A DNA stretch of 64,000 nt from Takakia lepidozioides (lineage: Eukaryota; Plantae; Bryophyta). Shown here piece by piece: positions 47,206 through 60,854 of this stretch. Below the pieces are notes generated by a model. It was not told the origin of the DNA and did no database searches. It saw nothing but the letters and a program-made list of their open reading frames with translations. Positions within the stretch are counted from its first letter, which is position 1; every line of letters begins with the position of its first letter. Made by a program: the position numbers and the translations under genes. The stretch spans positions 38,254,001 through 38,318,000 of the forward strand of contig CM060733.1 in assembly GCA_030704615.1 (NCBI GenBank). The letters are read 5' to 3'.

Positions 47206-49792
47206 ATGGCTAATTCATGGCAAAAGATGGCGGTTCTAGCTATGGCGGGGCTTCTCTATATGTTGGCAATGCTCAACGGAGCTCAAGCATCAGTAAGTGT
47301 CTGCAAGGCAATAGGTGGAAATTGTCACGTCCTCCCTCATGTGTTTTGTTGTTGTTGGTATGATTCGACTAGTATCAGTACTGCAGCTAGTCGATAAACT
47401 AGGAATTGTTTTATTGCTTACCGTACGTTTTGGAATTCTAATCTGCTCCAGGAACCCGTGATTGTCCAGTGCTCTTGACATTACTACAGAACGGGGATTT
47501 ACCCATGGAACTCCCTCAATTTTCCCTCGCATTTGCCACATTTTGGCTAGTTTATTGGAAATGACGATTTATTTATTTGTGAGGCAAAGTGCTAAGAAAT
47601 ATGGGAAAAGAACAAGGATATAAGTATGGATAAGCCAAAAATGAGGTAGCTGTTAAAGCCTACATAAAAAATGTCATGTTTTACGGTTTATTTGCCCTGT
47701 GACTTCACTATCTGATAGTTGCAGTTTTAATGTTAAATATTACTTTCAAGTTTCCACAATTCGTAACACATATGTTGATCATATCGACCTACTTATCTAT
47801 TCACGTTTAACCCAGAATTATGTCATGTTTTACCGCCCCTTCCAACTGAACTGTCTAGTGATTGCAGATATGTTATAACATAACACTCTCCAATTTCCAA
47901 GATTTGTACCAAATAGTTGGTCATACCTTTTAAGCAGCCTCCTTATTAATTTCTAGCATCTTGCAACCAAATTTTGTGAAACAGATTCACAATATCACTA
48001 TATTTTACCTTGAGATTATTCTGAACAGCCATTTATTCGAGTCCTATATATGGCTGGTAGTCCCTCAGCCCGAGTGAAGTCACGAGCAAAAGCGAGAGAG
48101 AGAGATCCCAGGAGAGGGCAAAGGAGAAGAGCAGAGAGGGAGGAAGGAATGGGTAACCTATTACAGGCATTATGACAGTAGTCTTGTTCCTACACCAACT
48201 TTCAATTAGAGGTGGGCAGTTCGCTATAGCACCTATTTCAGACTCCTGTTCCTACTGGCAATCCTCATTTATGTGTGGGGACCTCCTTCACGTGCCCTGT
48301 ATCAAATGTTTCTGCAGACTCTCTGGATCTATCTTCTTTCAATGGGTTCTGCCTTTCTTTGTCCCTGTTTCCACCTCATGGACCTCTTTCTCCTCTCATG
48401 GCTCTGGAGTGGAGAAGGTAAGCATCTTGCAGAGGTATTTTAGCTTGTGCTGTAAAGGTCATAATCCTCCTCTTGGCCTTTCTTGATTTTGTCAAATCGA
48501 AGCACACTATCATTTGCTGCTCATGATGAAGATGTACTTAGAAGTTGTGATCCCCAGATGAGCTGGCACATCTGGCATACAACCATCATTGATGGAACTC
48601 CAATAGTCGATCTCGTGACATCTTACATCGACCTCCATGACTCTGTCATTCTTCAAGCTTTGTATCGTAGTGAATTTCGGGGTAGGTAAGTAGTTATTTG
48701 TATTAGAAACAAATACAAACTTAGCATCCAACCTATCTAAACATTGTGGCTGCATTTGAATTGACGCGTGTAAGATTTGATTAAAATTCGAATGCAAACC
48801 ACTAGTGGTCGTGAGAAACAACACTCTGGATGATGTCGAAAAAGTAATCGTTGGATTTGTATTGCCATTGTGAGCAACAATTATGGATGATACAATCAGT
48901 AGTTTTATTTGGGCAAGGCTGAAAATATATCCAAAACTTGATGAAGTGTTAGGATATGCATGTCTGAAATGGAGTGATAATTGAAAAGTAATGATTATGG
49001 AGAAATATATCAGTAAATAAGAAATCATGGAAAATAAGCTTAAAAACAACTGTGGATAAATTTTGAGATTGTAATAGCATGATTCTGTCACTGTTCCGCA
49101 ACTACTAGCTGTTGATCTAAATCAGTACATTGTTTTCTTGCCATGCTCATGATTTGCACTCATTGTAGTGGATCCTTGATAATCACCCTACCATTATTAT
49201 GAGTAATTTTGGAGTTGGGTGTCATCCAAATATATGCGGTATTGTGCTATAGGTGATATACCTATGGCACTTTTCGATCAAATTTGACGAATACATACCG
49301 CCCACATCACTCATGGATTGGATTGGATTTGTGCTGTTGGAATGACAGATATGCCCCCAATATGCATCGTAATTTGATTTGTGTAGCTACTGTTCCAATT
49401 TCCAACATACAAAGATATAGATGATTAATTCGTGGATGTGGGTGTATGTGGTGGTGTTCAATTAACAGTGTGGTGGTTTTGTGCTATCGTGCTCCGGACC
49501 ATCTTTGTCGGGGAGCACCCTATCGGCCCTCTGCAAAAAGACGGATGGAGTGGTTACGCTTGCTATTTTAGATCTCAATCCCTTTCTAGGCAACAATGAC
49601 GGGCATTTGGTGCAGGGATCCAACTTCTTGGAGACATGCAGCATACAAGCAACTGCACTGACTATCACCGAATACAATATTTATGCTATTTGCAAGATGA
49701 ATGATGGCGTCAGTGATTTAGATACCTCCTACGACGTAGGACACAATGTCATAAACAATGATGGGATTTTGGCCTGGAACAATTGTCGCTGA
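47206..49792 (+). CDS. CVNH: Secreted cyanovirin-N homologue (CVNH-domain lectin), 2 exons
   Basis: TATAAAA at ~47118. Exon 1 47206-47292 is a signal peptide (MANSWQKMAVLAMAGLLYMLAMLNGAQAS, GTAAGT donor). Exon 2 49469-49792 (AACAG acceptor, phase 0) reads CGGFVLSCSGPSLSGSTLSALCKKTDG..LDLNPFLGNNDGHL..NFLETC..AICKMNDG..YDVGHNVINNDGILAW, showing the two internal CVNH half-repeats. Confidence 0.85.
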
Positions 49793-52262
49793 CGCTCTTT
49801 GCTTGAATCCACGCCACTTCATGTTGCTCGCGAGGAGCTTGCGGATCAAGGTCCTTCTACGTCCCTCGAAAGCAGAAAGATGCGCCACTGAAGGTCGAAG
49901 CTCAAACAAACACATAATGTTTAGTATTTGGCAATTAAAAAGTACACGATGTTCCTTCATAATAGGACATTAACGTTAGGTTCGGATGCCAAGCTAGGTT
50001 CGGGAGTTTTCCTAATTTTGGAAGTCGGTGATGACTTCCACAGTACTCTTGGTCTTGCAATGGAGTGGGGCAACCACGGGAAATGGCTTTTCTTTTATAA
50101 CCGCGGACAAATGTGACCATGTGGTGACTTCCAAGATTCCATTTCCGGGAAGTCGACACAGACTTCGGCTGCCCATTTCCATTTTTTTGGTAATTGTTTT
50201 AGGGTGAAAGCAAGCTACGGTGGCTAAGAAAAGTCCTGTGTGGCCCACTCAATAAATCCCAAGTTTTTTCAGAATTTTTATTTGATGATTATGAAAAAAT
50301 TATAGTCGCTAGATTCATCCATGCTGAAAGATATGAACCATCCAAAGTTGACAGTAACAGACACTATGTCATTATTTCTATTTTTCGTAGTATAAGATAT
50401 TATTTATATTTTCTTATTTTATTTCTTATATTTTATATTTTCGTTATATCGCATAGTGGGACTCGGGCTATTCTTCATCTACATGAAATGTATATTTCAG
50501 TGAAGCAAGTCCATTGTTTACTTTGTTTCCATGCATTCATGTACTATGGCAAAAATCAATTTTTCGAGGCTCACAATAATATATTATAGAAGTAAGAAAT
50601 TTTACTTTTTTGACGTTTTCTACATGACTCTAGTATCTTAAAGAGTAGAGCAATACTAATATGAGTCCCTTTTATCATATTTGTTTTCTATAGTGAGTGC
50701 ACAAAGTCCATAACAAGTCTTTTTATGGATTGTGATATTGCGTATACAATTTTCTGAAGTCCATTACTTCGACAAATCTACTTCATTTCTTGGTGAGAAT
50801 TTAAAGATTAGAGTTTGTAGTAGTTGGAAACTTAAGAGTGCGTCCATTTTCATCATTGTAATAAAATTTTGGCTCTAAGGTATAATTGAATCAAACTATG
50901 TCATGCAAAACACTGTTGTGACACAAAAATGTAGTCACTGTAGTCTGTTTTCACCCTTTATGACATAATTGTGTTTTAGAATTTTGTAGACGTTGCATTT
51001 GAGAAGTAAGCACAGACTTCCCAGATGTCGTTCTGTTATAAACAATAAGTCTGCACAGACTCACGGATTTCGAATCCCAACATGAAATGCGTACGATATG
51101 AATATTCAGCAAGAAGCACACCACCTGGATAGTCGGCGCAGACTATTCGCTTCCAAGAAGACATATGGGTTTTGGTGAACGCCATGAAATACAAAAATAA
51201 AAAAAAATTATATAGTCATTAAATTTCTGAATGTAAAGCACAGACAAAATACAATAGCCTTCATGGTAAGTCGGCACAGACTTACAGAAAACTATAAGAT
51301 CCTTTGTAGCAAGTCAAATTAACTGTTTTTGCTAGAATGAAGAGTGAATCGGAAAGCGGTGGTTCCACAACAGAAACAAACTTCGTCGACACTTATTCCT
51401 CATGAGCCCACGCTGTAGGTAGGAGGACACTGATCATGTTATTCCAACCATACGCATTGGTCATTACGAAGCATCAAGCTCACCTCGTTCACATTTAATT
51501 TAGTAGGGTAATTAATGCTGGGGCAGTCAGCACTACAGCAGAGACGACGAAACACTAACCCAATACATGTGTTTGCAGTGTGTGTACGCTCCCTTCAGAT
51601 TACGCATCCTTACAAAGTCGGGACATGTGCACGCCGGATATATGCCAATTGAGACGTAATAAACCTGCCCATTCTTCGTTGAGCCTGAAGTACTAGTGTG
51701 GTGTAAATTCTTCCCATCCCTGGTCGATAAACATCACGGAAGTTTTGAACAATGGCTCACAATGACATTATCAATCCCACCTTTGTCATAACAACAACCT
51801 TATGTTTTTTTCAGTTATATTGCTTACCCCATCTGGTGGTGGGATAATAGTCGCGATTCTGATGAGGTCCGGGTTGCTGAGCACCAACGTTGTCCTCCAT
51901 GTGAAAACGTGAGATATCATCCCTTGGAACCAGACAAAACCCAGTTACATCCAAGGAGTTTACTTCATCTTGAGTTAAATCAATTCATGGTATGCAGACA
52001 GACCATACCTATGGTGGTTGGTCTGTCCTTCACATCTTTATGAACTTTCCCACGAACGTACTGTTGAATGTCATGAAGACAAACCAAAACTCATTTAATC
52101 TGGCTTTGGCAAAAATTGGGGGATGTCACATTCCACTGACGTACTTTGGAGCTGGAATTCCAGAAGATTGCAGTGGACAAATTGGCTTCTTACAAGGCTG
52201 TCCGCTGTCTATATGAATATCCCAACATTTTGCGCGTGACAAATCGGTTTCCTTGCAATTTG

Positions 52263-52920
52263 TGTCAAGGACGAGAACATGACTGAACTTGAACAAGAGA
52301 TCAAACTAGAAGTATAAGACTAGACAAGAAGTCAAGGTCGGTGTGGCCGAGTACATGATGAAGAAACATGAATTATGATGAACTTTATGTAGTTTTTACA
52401 ATAACGACAATAATACAAGATACTGGAACTGAACTTGAGTACTGGAATACTGGAATACTGGGCTGGAGTATCAGATATTGGGAACTGGACTAGAGTACTG
52501 GAGGCTAGACTGGAGTGCTGGAGCTGGAAACAAGAGTAGCTGCTTAAACTTGTGTTGGTAAGATTGAAGAGTGTCGAGTCTCGCCTCCTATATATACTAG
52601 CTACTATGAAGTTTCCTAAGAAGCTTCCCCAATCTCCTGAGAAGCTTCGACCTCAATCGAAGGAAGTCTCCTGAGAAGCTTCATCGACTAAGGGAAGTCT
52701 CTTGAGAAGCTTCCTCAACTAGGAAGCTTCCTGAGCAGTTTCCTGAGTTACTCTCAGTAATTTGATAACTTTTGGTAACTTGATAAGTTGCAACTCATGG
52801 TAATTTATAATAAATTATGGTAAATTATGGTAATTTGATAACTCCCGGTAACTTGATAACTTCTGGTAATTACTCTTGGTGAGTTTTTCTGGGCTATGTC
52901 CGTGACATCACCCCCTCCTT
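52263..52920 (-). mobile_element. Ty3/Gypsy 3' LTR with polypurine tract (remnant)
   Basis: Termini TGTCAAGGAC (52263) and GTCCGTGACA (52907), adjacent minus-strand PPT AAGGAGGGGGTGA (52908-52920), internal GAAGCTTC and ACTGGA repeats and a TATA tract. Confidence 0.8.
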
Positions 52921-55253
52921 TAGCGCCGAATTTTTCGATGAGCGGTAAAATCTTGGACTTGCTTAGAGTTGAAGAAAATTCAAAATTCAGCGAATGGTAT
53001 TTGCCAAGTATTTGGCTCTCCGTTCTTGACTCAAATGATTTATAGATCCCTGCAACCATCGATAGTGTCCAACACCTTGAACTTGGGACCACGCAGTGAT
53101 TTGAGCATTCCGATCTTCGAAGTTGCTTTCAAACATGATTTCGTTGCCCTCTGGGTTAAAAGCCTCAACCTCCAACAAGATTATCAGACTTCGAGTAGGT
53201 TCCACAGTATTACTCAACTGGCCAGATTTGGTGTGCAAAATGTGCACTTATACTTTTATAATGATACAACAAAGCTTACTTAATTAGCTTAGTTTTTCTT
53301 TGTGATATAAACTGTATTTTCTTCCATGTTTGCTGCAGTTTTTCCATTTTCCCCATGCCCACAAGAGAGAAAATGAAATAGCTTAAGAGTTGAGATATGC
53401 ATCCGGCAAATGACACTGCAAATTGGGAGCAACTAAACCTTCCACATCATACCCTAGCCAAGACGCCTACTAACTACAAGAGGTTGGACAATCATGTCCA
53501 TTTGTGGAGTTTGTTGGTCCTCTTCTATAGAAGAGAGACTATGCATCATGTTGATGTCAACGGAGAAAATGTGGTCAAAGGACCTTACACCATGTCATGG
53601 CTCTGAGTGGTGTGTTATGTTGAGTCATACCCCTTAATCTTACGTTTCCTTTGTTTTGCCAAAACAAGAAGCCCATTGCCTTGTGAGGCTTGTTTTAGAG
53701 TGTTTCTCCTCCTCGGAAACAGAGAAATAAGTAAGAGAGATGTTCTCCATCATTAGTCATTTGCTTGGGGCTCATGCATTACTAAAGTAAGGGAGAAGGG
53801 TGGGGCCAGTGAAAAACGCAACAATTACGTTAGCACCCTTGCAACAATTGATCCCATGGATCAAAACACATGTCTGTTACTAATCTACATGGCTCCATCA
53901 GAGCCAAGCTCATGCCCATCTGCGAGATTAAACTTTACTCCACCTGGTCTCAAATAGAATTACCCCAGGGGCCTGATATTATGCCAGCCAATATCCTACC
54001 CCGTATAGATGGATCTGTAAAGAAATTATGGGGTAAAAATTGAAAAAATCGCCAGAAAGCGCCATTAGTTCAATATCAGGATCCTGACTTAGCTTACGTG
54101 GACATGTTAAGACGTGCCACCTGTTATATAGCCACTTTTCTAACCCTGCGACCTCATTATTTTGCGACATGGGTGTTGTGTACAATTATCATGTGGTCCC
54201 TTTGGCGATTTTGGAAAAAGAAAAAAAAAGAAAAAAAACACAGTTGCTATATAACTATCCCGCCACCGTCTAATATTAAAGAGGGAATAGTGTAGTTACA
54301 AAATATAAAGATAAAACTGATTCTCCAATGGAACTGTAGAGTCAGCCATCACAACCCTGCCCCAAACCAAGAATGTAAGTTGTAGCCCAGTGGTAATGGG
54401 CAGATACCACCTTGGAAGTGGTTGTGGGGTCAATCCACCGATTGTTGTCACAAAGGTGTCCACCTTCTTAACTGAAGGCAGGTAACACTTCGGGGTCAAG
54501 AGACACCATAATTTACGCTTCCTTCCGGAGGCGTTATATATATATATATCAGTTATAAGTGGGACAACTGACTTTTTTATTTTATTTTCGTATTTTTTTT
54601 ACGAAAAATGGGACAGAGCCCTGGAAATATATTAGAAGAAGTGGAGAAAATAACCACCCTGGGGCGTGAAGGCTTACAGTGGTGAATATACCACCCCGTG
54701 ACCAAAAACAAATCAGAAGCATAAGTGAGTATTTTACATTTGTAATTAACAAAGTCTGTAGAATCAGTGACAAGTGAAGGTGTTGTCATGGTGGATGTCT
54801 ATGCCACACTCAATTATGAGTGAGAGGAGAACAGTAGAGATGCATTAGGAGGCAGAGTTTGGAGGATTAGTGACCAAAAGTAGTCCAAGTCAAGCAATGG
54901 CTAACTACAAGATGCAGGAGCCCTAAAACTTAAGCTGCGCTTTGAATTTAGAGTCCTTAGCACGTTTGTGGCGCTAGTTGAAGTCCAAATCTTCTCATTC
55001 AGCCAGGGATTTCCCATTGAGGGGGATGGAGTCTTTCCATTGCATTGAAGAATCGGAAACATGGGAGCCAGGGAGGCCATTCTTGCCCCGGCCAGGTGAT
55101 ATCAAACCTCTGGAGAAGCTGCAGCCTGCGCCGATTTGAAGTTCGGGGAAGAGCTGCACACAAAGATATCCAGGCTGTTCTCCCCTCAATCATCAGATCA
55201 ACATAAACATGAAATAGCATAGACCTGAGACTGAGACTGGGGGTTTTTACACC

Positions 55254-55560
55254 CTAAAAAATCCCAGCACATTTTGACTTCCAAATTGCCCACAGGGTAT
55301 GAGCTCTCAGGCATCCCCACACTGGGCACTTAATCATGGGTCTGTCATGCCTAATGCTAAGCAGCAAGAGGGAGGGGTGGGGGAAAACATGAAGAGTTTC
55401 CAATTGGAGTAGAAGCTTGATGACCAAGGACCAAACTTTCTTCGCCTTGGGACATCTCACTAGGCACTGTTCCAAAGATTCTTGGCTTCTTGGACACATA
55501 ACACAATCCAAGTTGTCAGATTTCATGAGCTAATTTCCAAAGGAAGGCTGATCAATAGTT
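55254..55560 (-). mobile_element. L1-type LINE ORF2 C-terminal zinc-knuckle (zf-RVT) fragment
   Basis: CVMCPRSQESLEQCLVRCPKAKKVW...LWAIWKSKC..IF. Confidence 0.7.
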
Positions 55561-56404
55561 TAGAAGCTCGGTCGTTGCGCCATATTTCATTCCAAATCGG
55601 AGCCCAATTGACCTATCCTCTGAGAAGTGGACCCCATTTTTCCACCCACTTACTGGGGATGGATTGGGCTGGTAAGAGAAGATAAAGTTTCTTTAACGTC
55701 TAGTGAATTTACAGAGCCTAGAGAGTATCCGAGTTTAACAAAGTAGGCAAAGAAGGGGGAGCAAGCCAAATTGCAATCTAGCAAGTGGCAGTGACAAAAA
55801 CCAATTGAAATAAGAAAGTTGGGCCCAGCTTGCGATCCCACTGGGGCCATTGGATTTTACTTCCCTGAGACATAGTCAATGATTCTAACCAAGAAGAGAT
55901 CTGCTTTGGCTAAGCTTCTCTCCCCTAAGAGGGTCAAACCCCGTGCTTTGAGATCATGTTGGACTAATCATACACTATTACATCATCATATCATTATTTT
56001 TCTAATATTGGTATATGAATTATATCTTGAAATTAAACTTACGGTGGAGCCATTACTAAGTTACGCGACCAGTCACTTGTTTGCAACGTTTAAGATTTTT
56101 GGGCTATAACTTTTGCAGATTTGATCCAAAATAAATGCGGCTGTGTAAAGCATTGTGAGAATAAATAAGGGTCCCAAATTCAATTCTGGCAAGGGCTATT
56201 CCTGAAGGTAAAACAAAGGGAGAGCATTAGAGCGGCCGGGAGGGCACAAGTGTTGGGGTGGGTGAAATGTGAGGCCACGTAATACGATTGGTATAAGCTG
56301 TACAAATAGAGCCTCTGGAACAGGAAAGAAGAAGTTGGCGACAACTATGCGTGTTGGAGGGATGACTGCATACATGGGTGGTTGGGTCTTGGGGGATCTT
56401 CAGA

Positions 56405-56616
56405 TAGGAAAGTAAAGTTTGTTTAACGTCCAGTGAATTTGCAGAGCCTACTGCTCAACACACAGCCCATCGAGAGGGGCCAATGGACAGTTGAAGGCAC
56501 ATGTTGAAGGATTGAACCCAGGATCACCCAGGTTATGCACAGACAAGACACAAATACGGACCACCCACGTTATGCACAGACAAGACACAAATACCCAACC
56601 ACTAGGCTACCTGCTC
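56405..56616 (-). mobile_element. tRNA-derived SINE, family 2, with internal tandem duplication
   Basis: The reverse complement GAGCAGGTAGCCTAGTGGTTGGGTATTTGTG...GGGTTCAATCC...GGACGTTAAACAAACTTTAC matches 10751-10905. GTTATGCACAGACAAGACACAAATAC occurs twice. Confidence 0.7.
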
Positions 56617-57543
56617 ACGTGCTCCTGGAATATGCCACGTACATTTGATTTGGCCAACAACCTAACAGAATCACCCTCCACCGCCTTTTTTCCCACTTGG
56701 AAATGCGTAAATTTCTAATTTCCAGAAATAAAAAACAAAATAAAAATGTAGCCAAACACCTTGCAGACCGTGTATAGGTGCATAGATAAGGAAACAACCA
56801 CCAGTCACCTTTTACTGGTGCAATGAGGTGCCACTCAAATGGCATCTGATTAGGGCCACAAAAAGGGACACTGGTGTCGGTGCCAAGATGGCCATGCAAG
56901 GGAATCTTAAGCACTTTATTAGATGCTGCAGACATTTCTCATATTTCAATACAAAAAATGCTTCAAAGTTCAAACGTTCAAACGTTCAAACCCATCGCTG
57001 ACTGCCCGGAAAACTATCTGCTGGGAAATATCAAAACCTGTGATGAAAAAACAAAAAACAAAAAACAAAAATTTAAAAATATGAGATATTAAAAAATAAT
57101 AAAGTCCTCCTTTTTGGTTTGTTCTTGTTCGGAGTGGTACCTCATTCCTCTGCCTTATGGCTCTTTGTAAGGTTTTTTTTTTTTTTTTTCTTAAAAATAT
57201 TTTTTCCTTACTCTTTCAATAAAAATCATTCAGGGCCACTGTCCCCGGTTCTCTAACAAAAAAACAAAAAAAAAAAAAAAGTTGACGTAGACTAAAGGGG
57301 AAATTCCTCGAGAAAGATGAAGTCCTCAGCGCAGCCATTGCACGTCTGCACTGCACGACGCCTCACGTTGCCGCTGCAAGAGCCTGCCCATCGCCTCTAC
57401 TAAGCTCTGCCCCTCTCAAGCTTCCATAGCTTTCTTCCAAGCTGTGAGGAATCGAGCTCACTGAGCTCGAGTCGGTTCTTCAAGTGGGTATTGATCAGTT
57501 CGATCTGAGTTTGATTGTGGGGAGAGTAAGGTGGTAGCTGACC

Positions 57544-59907
57544 ATGGCGGGATCATTCAGCTTCGGAGGATATGTTGTACTCCTGCTTGGAGCTGTAATG
57601 GCCTTGCAGGTCAGTCATTGGACTGTGATGCTACAATTCCAGGACTCATTTCTCCCTCATCCTTCTAGACATTTTCTCTGAGCTACTTAGAAAACTTATC
57701 TAGCCCATTAGCGATCCGAAGCAGTAGGAGCTAGTAGCGGGGTAGTAGCGGTGGGATGTAAACAACATTTCGTGTTTTCCAGTGCATGGCAGTCCATTTA
57801 CTGGTAGGGATTATTGAAGTCTATGGTCTGATAGCGCTCAGATTGTGTCAGTGGGCTGAGGTCAAAGTTCTCTGTCCAGCAAGTTAGCTACAGAGTCAAT
57901 TCCTGCTTCCAGCCAGGTCGGTGAAAGGCCTCAAGTGCACATTCAATACATGAGACTTCAGATCAACGAGGATCTGCAAGAACTCTTATATTACAATACT
58001 TTCAGTGAGATATGCAGATCTAGTTAATACTAATTCGTCTTGTCCAGGTTGAAGATGCTCATTTTGAATGTATGAGGTTAATACAGATGTATGAGGTTAC
58101 AAGGAAGTCCTACTACTCATCTTAGGCATTTGTGACCTGGAAAACCGATAGCTCTATTCATCAATGATTTTCATATGTATAGCTCTAAGTTCACTGCTTC
58201 AAAAACTTCAACTGAGTCAGGTTTCTGCATGTATTCCTGCATCTCGCCCAATTTCTTTGTCTCAATACAAGTATGAACATGCAGCAGGTCGTGGCAGATA
58301 CAATAATTTACAGCAACGACACAGCCTCAGTACCTATTGTCAGTACAGGCAACCTCCCGTATGCGCCGGATCGGGCCCGCTGCATTTTGAGGAGCTCTCG
58401 ATGCTACAAAAAGATTATTACTTGCCCGCAAGAGTGCAGAAAACGTGAACCACAGGGAAAAGGACAGGCAGCGTGCTATATCGACTGTGTAACGAAGTGC
58501 GAGCCTTATTGTAAACGTACGCATGCAATCCGCATCCTGTGTCGCTTTGATTCATTCAGTAATTAACAATAACGTCGGATCTTAGTCTTTGTTATTAACC
58601 TATGCAGATGTCTACGTTTAATATTGCCCATGGAGTCAATGATAGCTAACACAGTAGAGCGACAGTCCAGTAGTAGCAGATCAGAAGAATCTACACAATT
58701 AAGTGAACATCAAGCTTTATCAGACTGTGAGGGAACTTTTGATACTTTTGAGTTAATTTTGACCTCTCCCTTGCACGGAATGACTGGTATGCATCACATT
58801 GATCATTCAGATCGCAAGCCCAACTGTTATGGTGATGGCGCACTGTGCTATGACCCTCGCTTTGTCGGCGGTGATGGCGTTATGTTCTACTTCCACGGCC
58901 AGACGGGCCGCGATTTCTGCATAGTCTCTGATCATAACGTTCACATCAATGCACACTTCATTGGCAAGCGCCCGCCAGGGAGGGCCCGGGACTACACCTG
59001 GGTGCAGGCTCTTGGAATCATGTTTGCTTCGCACAGTTTCACAGTGGCTGCCAAGAAAGTCGGCACTTGGGACGACCAAATCGACCAGATAGTGCTAACT
59101 TACGACGGCACACCCTATTATTTACCGGAAGGATTCGGGGCCAGGTAGGTTACGCCGGGAGAGATTCTTTGAATCTCGATGTCAATTGTGAGTCTGTACT
59201 AGAGTAGTTTATTACACCGGTTTAGAGCAGTCTGATAACGGTGTACAACGTCTAGTCCTGGTCAAAGTACAGACTCAAATATCTGCTCAAATGAGCCAAC
59301 CTTCCGAGGATTTCTTGAAGATGATCATATCAGATGCCGTAGCGAAGTTGAAACTTGATACTAGTGGTCACCACTTTGAAACAAAATTCTGAAAGATCGA
59401 TAGGCTAATCTCGAATGGGCAAATATGTCGTGGCTGAATTGCAGGTGGGCTTCAGAGGACGCTGGGGTGCGAGTGGAGCGTACAGATGACACCAATGCTG
59501 TTGAGATTGTGGTCGACAGAGTGATGTCAGTGACTGTACAAGTTGTGCCGATTACCGAAAAGGACAACAAGTTACATAACTACCAGCTCACTGCAGACGA
59601 TTGCTTCGCCCATCTCGACTTGCAGTTCAAATTCTTCGACATTTCGGCTACTGTAAACGGCGTGCTAGGACAAACCTACCAACCCACCTTCAAGAGCCCT
59701 GTTAAGAGGAACATTGCTATGCCCGTGATGGGGGGCGATAAAAACTTCTTGTCATCGTCACTGCTTTCGAACGACTGCAAAGCCAACCAATTCAAGGTGG
59801 TCTCCGCCGACAGTTCAGCGCTGGAGGCAAATGATTCCATCCTTAAGACCGTCAATGCAGAATGCAGCAGCACTGCTACTGGGAGAGGCATGGTTTGCCG
59901 TCGCTAA
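57544..59907 (+). CDS. Root-cap / late-embryogenesis-abundant-related secreted Cys-rich protein
   Basis: Exons 57544-57609 (signal peptide), 58288-58516, 58811-59144 and 59445-59907 encode CYDPRFVGGDGVMFYFHG, HINAHFIGKRP, DYTWVQALG, DDCFAHLDLQFKF, GVLGQTY and GMVCRR*. Confidence 0.92.
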
Positions 59908-60854
59908 AGATTTCTGACTGACTATTCCCTCTAGATCGATAAGCAAGATGACAAAGGGTCTTCGACAGCTACAACAATTATACTTACATTTAGTTCATCT
60001 AATTAGAACTGATAAACGAGCCCGAGATCTATCTGGTTCAAGGTTGCATACAGATCGACTTGGATCCTACTAGATCGAACAAGCTGCCATTCTGAGAAAA
60101 CTGTTAGTAGAATTGATCTCCTGAGAAGATGCTCACCTAGGAGTTCTCCTCGCCCAGAGCAGGCGCTGCTACCAGAGTCCTGGAGATCAAGCATTAACTA
60201 GAGAGCAGGATGCTGAGTTGATGGCAGTGCCGGCAACTTGTGTCGGGTAGCTCGGAAACTGTTTGAGAGGGAACTCATAACTACATTCTCAACAACTCAA
60301 AACATTTTCAAATAAATTTTCATATTTTGGTGATAAACGTTGCATGCCTCTATTCACAGCTATAGGCCTCTGTAAGCTGCATCTGTTCAGTTTGCAATTT
60401 GTTTGTTGGCCCTGCCCGACAGGGAAGGGACTACGCATCAAGTTGACCAAAGTGACCTTAACCTTATATCATGGGTTGTTCCCATGAGACTTAATGGGAA
60501 CATGAAAGTTTTTAGTTCCCATTTGGGCACATGTTACACTCATTTCCATATTGGCTCTCTTGCAGGGCCTCCGTGTATCTCGCACCATGTTCTTAAAGAC
60601 TTGGAAACTTTGTAAGTCCAGAGTCCAAAGCTATTGTAATGCTGAAGTATGCCTTGCTTGTGTACACTCATTGCCAGCACAAGCTTTGATGGATTATCTA
60701 ATTAGGCAAGGATCACTGAATCAGTAAGTGTTTAGCCAAACATTGAAACTCAATAATATTTTGAATCCAGCTGCTTCCCTTCCAGAGCCACAAAATCTTT
60801 CTTTTCAGCTCTTTGTGATTGAGAATGTACAAAGGTAAAAACCCTGCAATGCTT

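Noticed and set aside
47206-47292. Alternative first exon of the root-cap gene at 58288
   Set aside because: Phase-compatible, but the nearer CVNH exon needs a signal peptide and the root-cap gene has its own at 57544.
48170-49091. 193-aa minus-strand ORF and neighbours inside the CVNH intron
   Set aside because: No recognisable motifs and biased composition; likely decayed repeat sequence.
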